Assembly (NCBI GenBank): GCA_964438485.1
Contig: CAYTLM010000001.1
Coordinates: 1 to 35,734, forward strand
Direction: 5' to 3'
Length of the DNA stretch: 35,734 bases
Source of the DNA: an uncultured Leptospirales bacterium
GTDB lineage: Bacteria; Spirochaetota; UBA4802; UBA5550
Shown: piece after piece, positions 33,772 through 35,734 of the stretch
Numbering within the stretch: the first letter of the stretch is position 1
Layout: each line of letters begins with the position of its first letter
The notes under the pieces: model-generated
What the model was told of the DNA's origin: nothing
Databases searched by the model: none
The model's input: only the letters and a program-made list of their open reading frames with translations
Translations under genes and position numbers: made by a program

Positions 33772-35734
33772 TTGCGCAATATTTCCATTACATCTATCAA
33801 AGGGATTGGTCCTGTAAAGGCAAAAGTTTTAGCAGCTGAAGCTGGAATAGAAAACATAGAAGACCTGCTTTACTATACTCCGCGTAAATACCTGGATAGA
33901 TCATCAATTAAAGAAATAGTAAATGTCTTTGCTGAAGAAGAAGTTACAGTAGCAGGAACAATTATTTCAGCAAAAATAATTCCCTCACGAAAAAAAATGT
34001 TTGTTGTTGAAATTTCAGATGGAACAGATATTCTGAAAGGAGTTTTTTTTGCAGGAATATCTTTTTTTGAAAAAATTTTTATACCAGGTGAGCCTGTTAT
34101 TTTTTCAGGGAAAATAAAAATTTTCCGCGGCAAGCAGATTGTACATCCTGACTTTGATTTTTTGGATGACAACTCGCAATACAAGGCTATAAACACAGGC
34201 AGAATTATACCACTATACAGATCCTCCGAAGCTCTTAGAAAAACCGGATTTGACTCAAGAGGATTTCGCAGAGTAATAAAGCATGCTCTTGACCAATACA
34301 GAAAAGTCATTCACGACTCTTTAGACAAAGCCATACTTGACAGATACAGGATGATCCCATTGGATGAAGCAATTGCCGGTATACATTATCCTGATTCTTT
34401 TGAGCATGTAGAAAAATGCAGAGTGCGCCTGGCTTTTAACGAAATATTTTTTTTACAGTACTATATGGCAATTTCAAAAAAAATTCTTTTTTCTGAAACA
34501 AAAAAAAATAATTATAACTACGACCTGTCCCTTACAAGAAAATTTATTTCCTCTCTCCCCTTTACACTTACTGAAGAGCAAAAAAAATCCCTTAAAGAAA
34601 TATCATCAGACCTTACATCACAAATGCCCATGAACAGGCTTTTACAGGGTGATGTTGGTACAGGAAAAACTATTATAGCCCTTTCATCAGCACTCGTTCC
34701 AATTTCAGCAGGAAGACAGGCAGCACTAATGGTTCCCACTGAGATCCTTGCTTTACAACATTACAAAACAGCTTTAAAATATTTACCGGATAGTGTTAAG
34801 TGTTCATTATTATTGGGCGGTATGAAAAAAAAAGAAAAAGATGAAGTTTATAATTCAGTATTATCAGGAGATACAAACCTGATAATTGGAACCCATGCCC
34901 TTATTCAATCTGAACTTAAATTCAGGGATCTTGCCTATATAATAATTGACGAACAACACCGCTTTGGTGTTGAGCAAAGGGCAAAACTTCGCTCTAAGGG
35001 TAAAAATACAGATCTCATGGTAATGACAGCAACGCCTATTCCCAGATCATTATCAATGACCCTTTATGCAGACATGGACATATCATCTATTCGAAATAAA
35101 CCTTTTAACAGAAATATTGTTGAAACCTTTTCTTTTCCAGAAAGCCGCATTAAAGGTGTTTACAATTCAATGGGAAAGTATATTAAACAGGGCAGACAAA
35201 TTTTCTATGTTCTGCCACTCATTGAGGAATCAGAAAAAATTGATCTTAAATCAGCAGAAGAGACCTTTTTGCTTCTTAAAGAAACAGTTTTTCCCCAATA
35301 CAAAGTTTCACTGTTGCACAGCAAAATCCCCCGTGAAGAAAAAGATGAAATTATGTATTCTTTCAGAAATGGCGAAACAGACATTCTTGTTTCAACTACA
35401 GTAATAGAAGTAGGAATAGATATTCCAAATGCAAACATAATGATCATACACCATGCTGAAAGGTTTGGGCTTGCACAAATACACCAGCTTAGAGGACGCG
35501 TTGGCAGGGGTGAGCATAAATCCTTTTGCATCCTTATTCACCCTGATAATATTGGCAAAGAAGCAAAAGAAAGAATAAAAATTTTAACTGAAAATTCTGA
35601 CGGGTTTTCCATTTCAGAACTTGATCTTAAAATGCGAGGGAGCGGTCAGCTCATAGGCACAAGACAACATGGTATTTCTGATTTTGAATTTACAGACCTG
35701 ACAAAGGATATTGATATTATTTTAAGTGCAAAAA
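33772..35734 (+). CDS. recG: ATP-dependent DNA helicase RecG (C-terminus beyond the right edge; absent from ORF track)
   Basis: Manual translation from TTG 33772 gives (M)RNISITSIKGIGPVKAKVLAAEAGIENIEDLLYYTPRKYLDRS, then a wedge domain, then the helicase motifs FTLTEEQKKSL, QGDVGTGKT, IGTHALIQ, IIDEQHRFGV, MTATPIPRSL, VSTTVIEVGIDIPNAN and QLRGRVGRG. The frame is open to position 35734, and GAGGA lies 6-7 nt upstream of the TTG. Confidence 0.92.
   Translation, partial: MRNISITSIKGIGPVKAKVLAAEAGIENIEDLLYYTPRKYLDRSSIKEIVNVFAEEEVTVAGTIISAKIIPSRKKMFVVEISDGTDILKGVFFAGISFFEKIFIPGEPVIFSGKIKIFRGKQIVHPDFDFLDDNSQYKAINTGRIIPLYRSSEALRKTGFDSRGFRRVIKHALDQYRKVIHDSLDKAILDRYRMIPLDEAIAGIHYPDSFEHVEKCRVRLAFNEIFFLQYYMAISKKILFSETKKNNYNYDLSLTRKFISSLPFTLTEEQKKSLKEISSDLTSQMPMNRLLQGDVGTGKTIIALSSALVPISAGRQAALMVPTEILALQHYKTALKYLPDSVKCSLLLGGMKKKEKDEVYNSVLSGDTNLIIGTHALIQSELKFRDLAYIIIDEQHRFGVEQRAKLRSKGKNTDLMVMTATPIPRSLSMTLYADMDISSIRNKPFNRNIVETFSFPESRIKGVYNSMGKYIKQGRQIFYVLPLIEESEKIDLKSAEETFLLLKETVFPQYKVSLLHSKIPREEKDEIMYSFRNGETDILVSTTVIEVGIDIPNANIMIIHHAERFGLAQIHQLRGRVGRGEHKSFCILIHPDNIGKEAKERIKILTENSDGFSISELDLKMRGSGQLIGTRQHGISDFEFTDLTKDIDIILSAK

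Noticed and set aside
33873-35531. Four track ORFs (33873-34310 -, 34518-34739 -, 35066-35404 +, 35205-35531 -)
   Set aside because: All lie inside the recG reading frame, either antisense or out of frame. recG shows every helicase motif in order, so these are shadow ORFs.
1-35734. CRISPR arrays, IS elements, prophage or toxin-antitoxin/defence cassettes
   Set aside because: Reading all intergenic regions, I saw no regularly spaced direct repeats, no transposase or Cas-like ORFs, and no terminal inverted repeats. The longest non-coding stretch is 333 bp.

Overview
AT-rich bacterial chromosomal segment, apparently from a diderm (TolC, AsmA and lipoprotein-type signals). It is densely packed with mostly housekeeping genes in three long co-directional blocks. 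Block 1 (+, 5.3-18.4 kb) is argS-cinA-TPR protein-Nox/CoADR-like flavoprotein-gcvT-gcvH-gcvPA-gcvPB-lipA-lipoate transferase/ligase. Block 2 (-, 26.9-18.5 kb) is xerD-spoIID/lytB-queA-nif3-zinc ribbon(DUF164-like)-RNase H-like-recJ, then STAS-ispF. Block 3 (-, 30.3-27.1 kb) is a TolC / periplasmic adaptor / ABC-ATPase efflux operon. The right end holds a tRNA-Thr/tRNA-Tyr pair, a crotonase, a SAM-methyltransferase-like gene, a ThiF/MoeB-like E1 enzyme, a small membrane-anchored protein and recG. The ORF track misses two edge-truncated genes: recG (33772 to the right edge) and a DedA-family gene (left edge to 218). I found no CRISPR array, IS element, prophage or recognisable defence system. 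The loci most worth follow-up are: (i) a single-Cys NADH-oxidase/CoA-disulfide-reductase-type flavoprotein translationally coupled to the glycine-cleavage genes where an L-protein would be expected; (ii) an RNase H-fold protein with 3 of 4 catalytic residues substituted, inside the Nif3/zinc-ribbon/RNase H neighbourhood; (iii) an orphan ThiF-like E1 + small TM protein + recG unit behind a 333-bp leader carrying GC-rich palindromes and an exact 13-nt direct repeat; (iv) a tripartite efflux operon with no permease gene; (v) a ~110-aa insertion in RecJ. All functional calls rest on motif recognition by eye, not on database searches.
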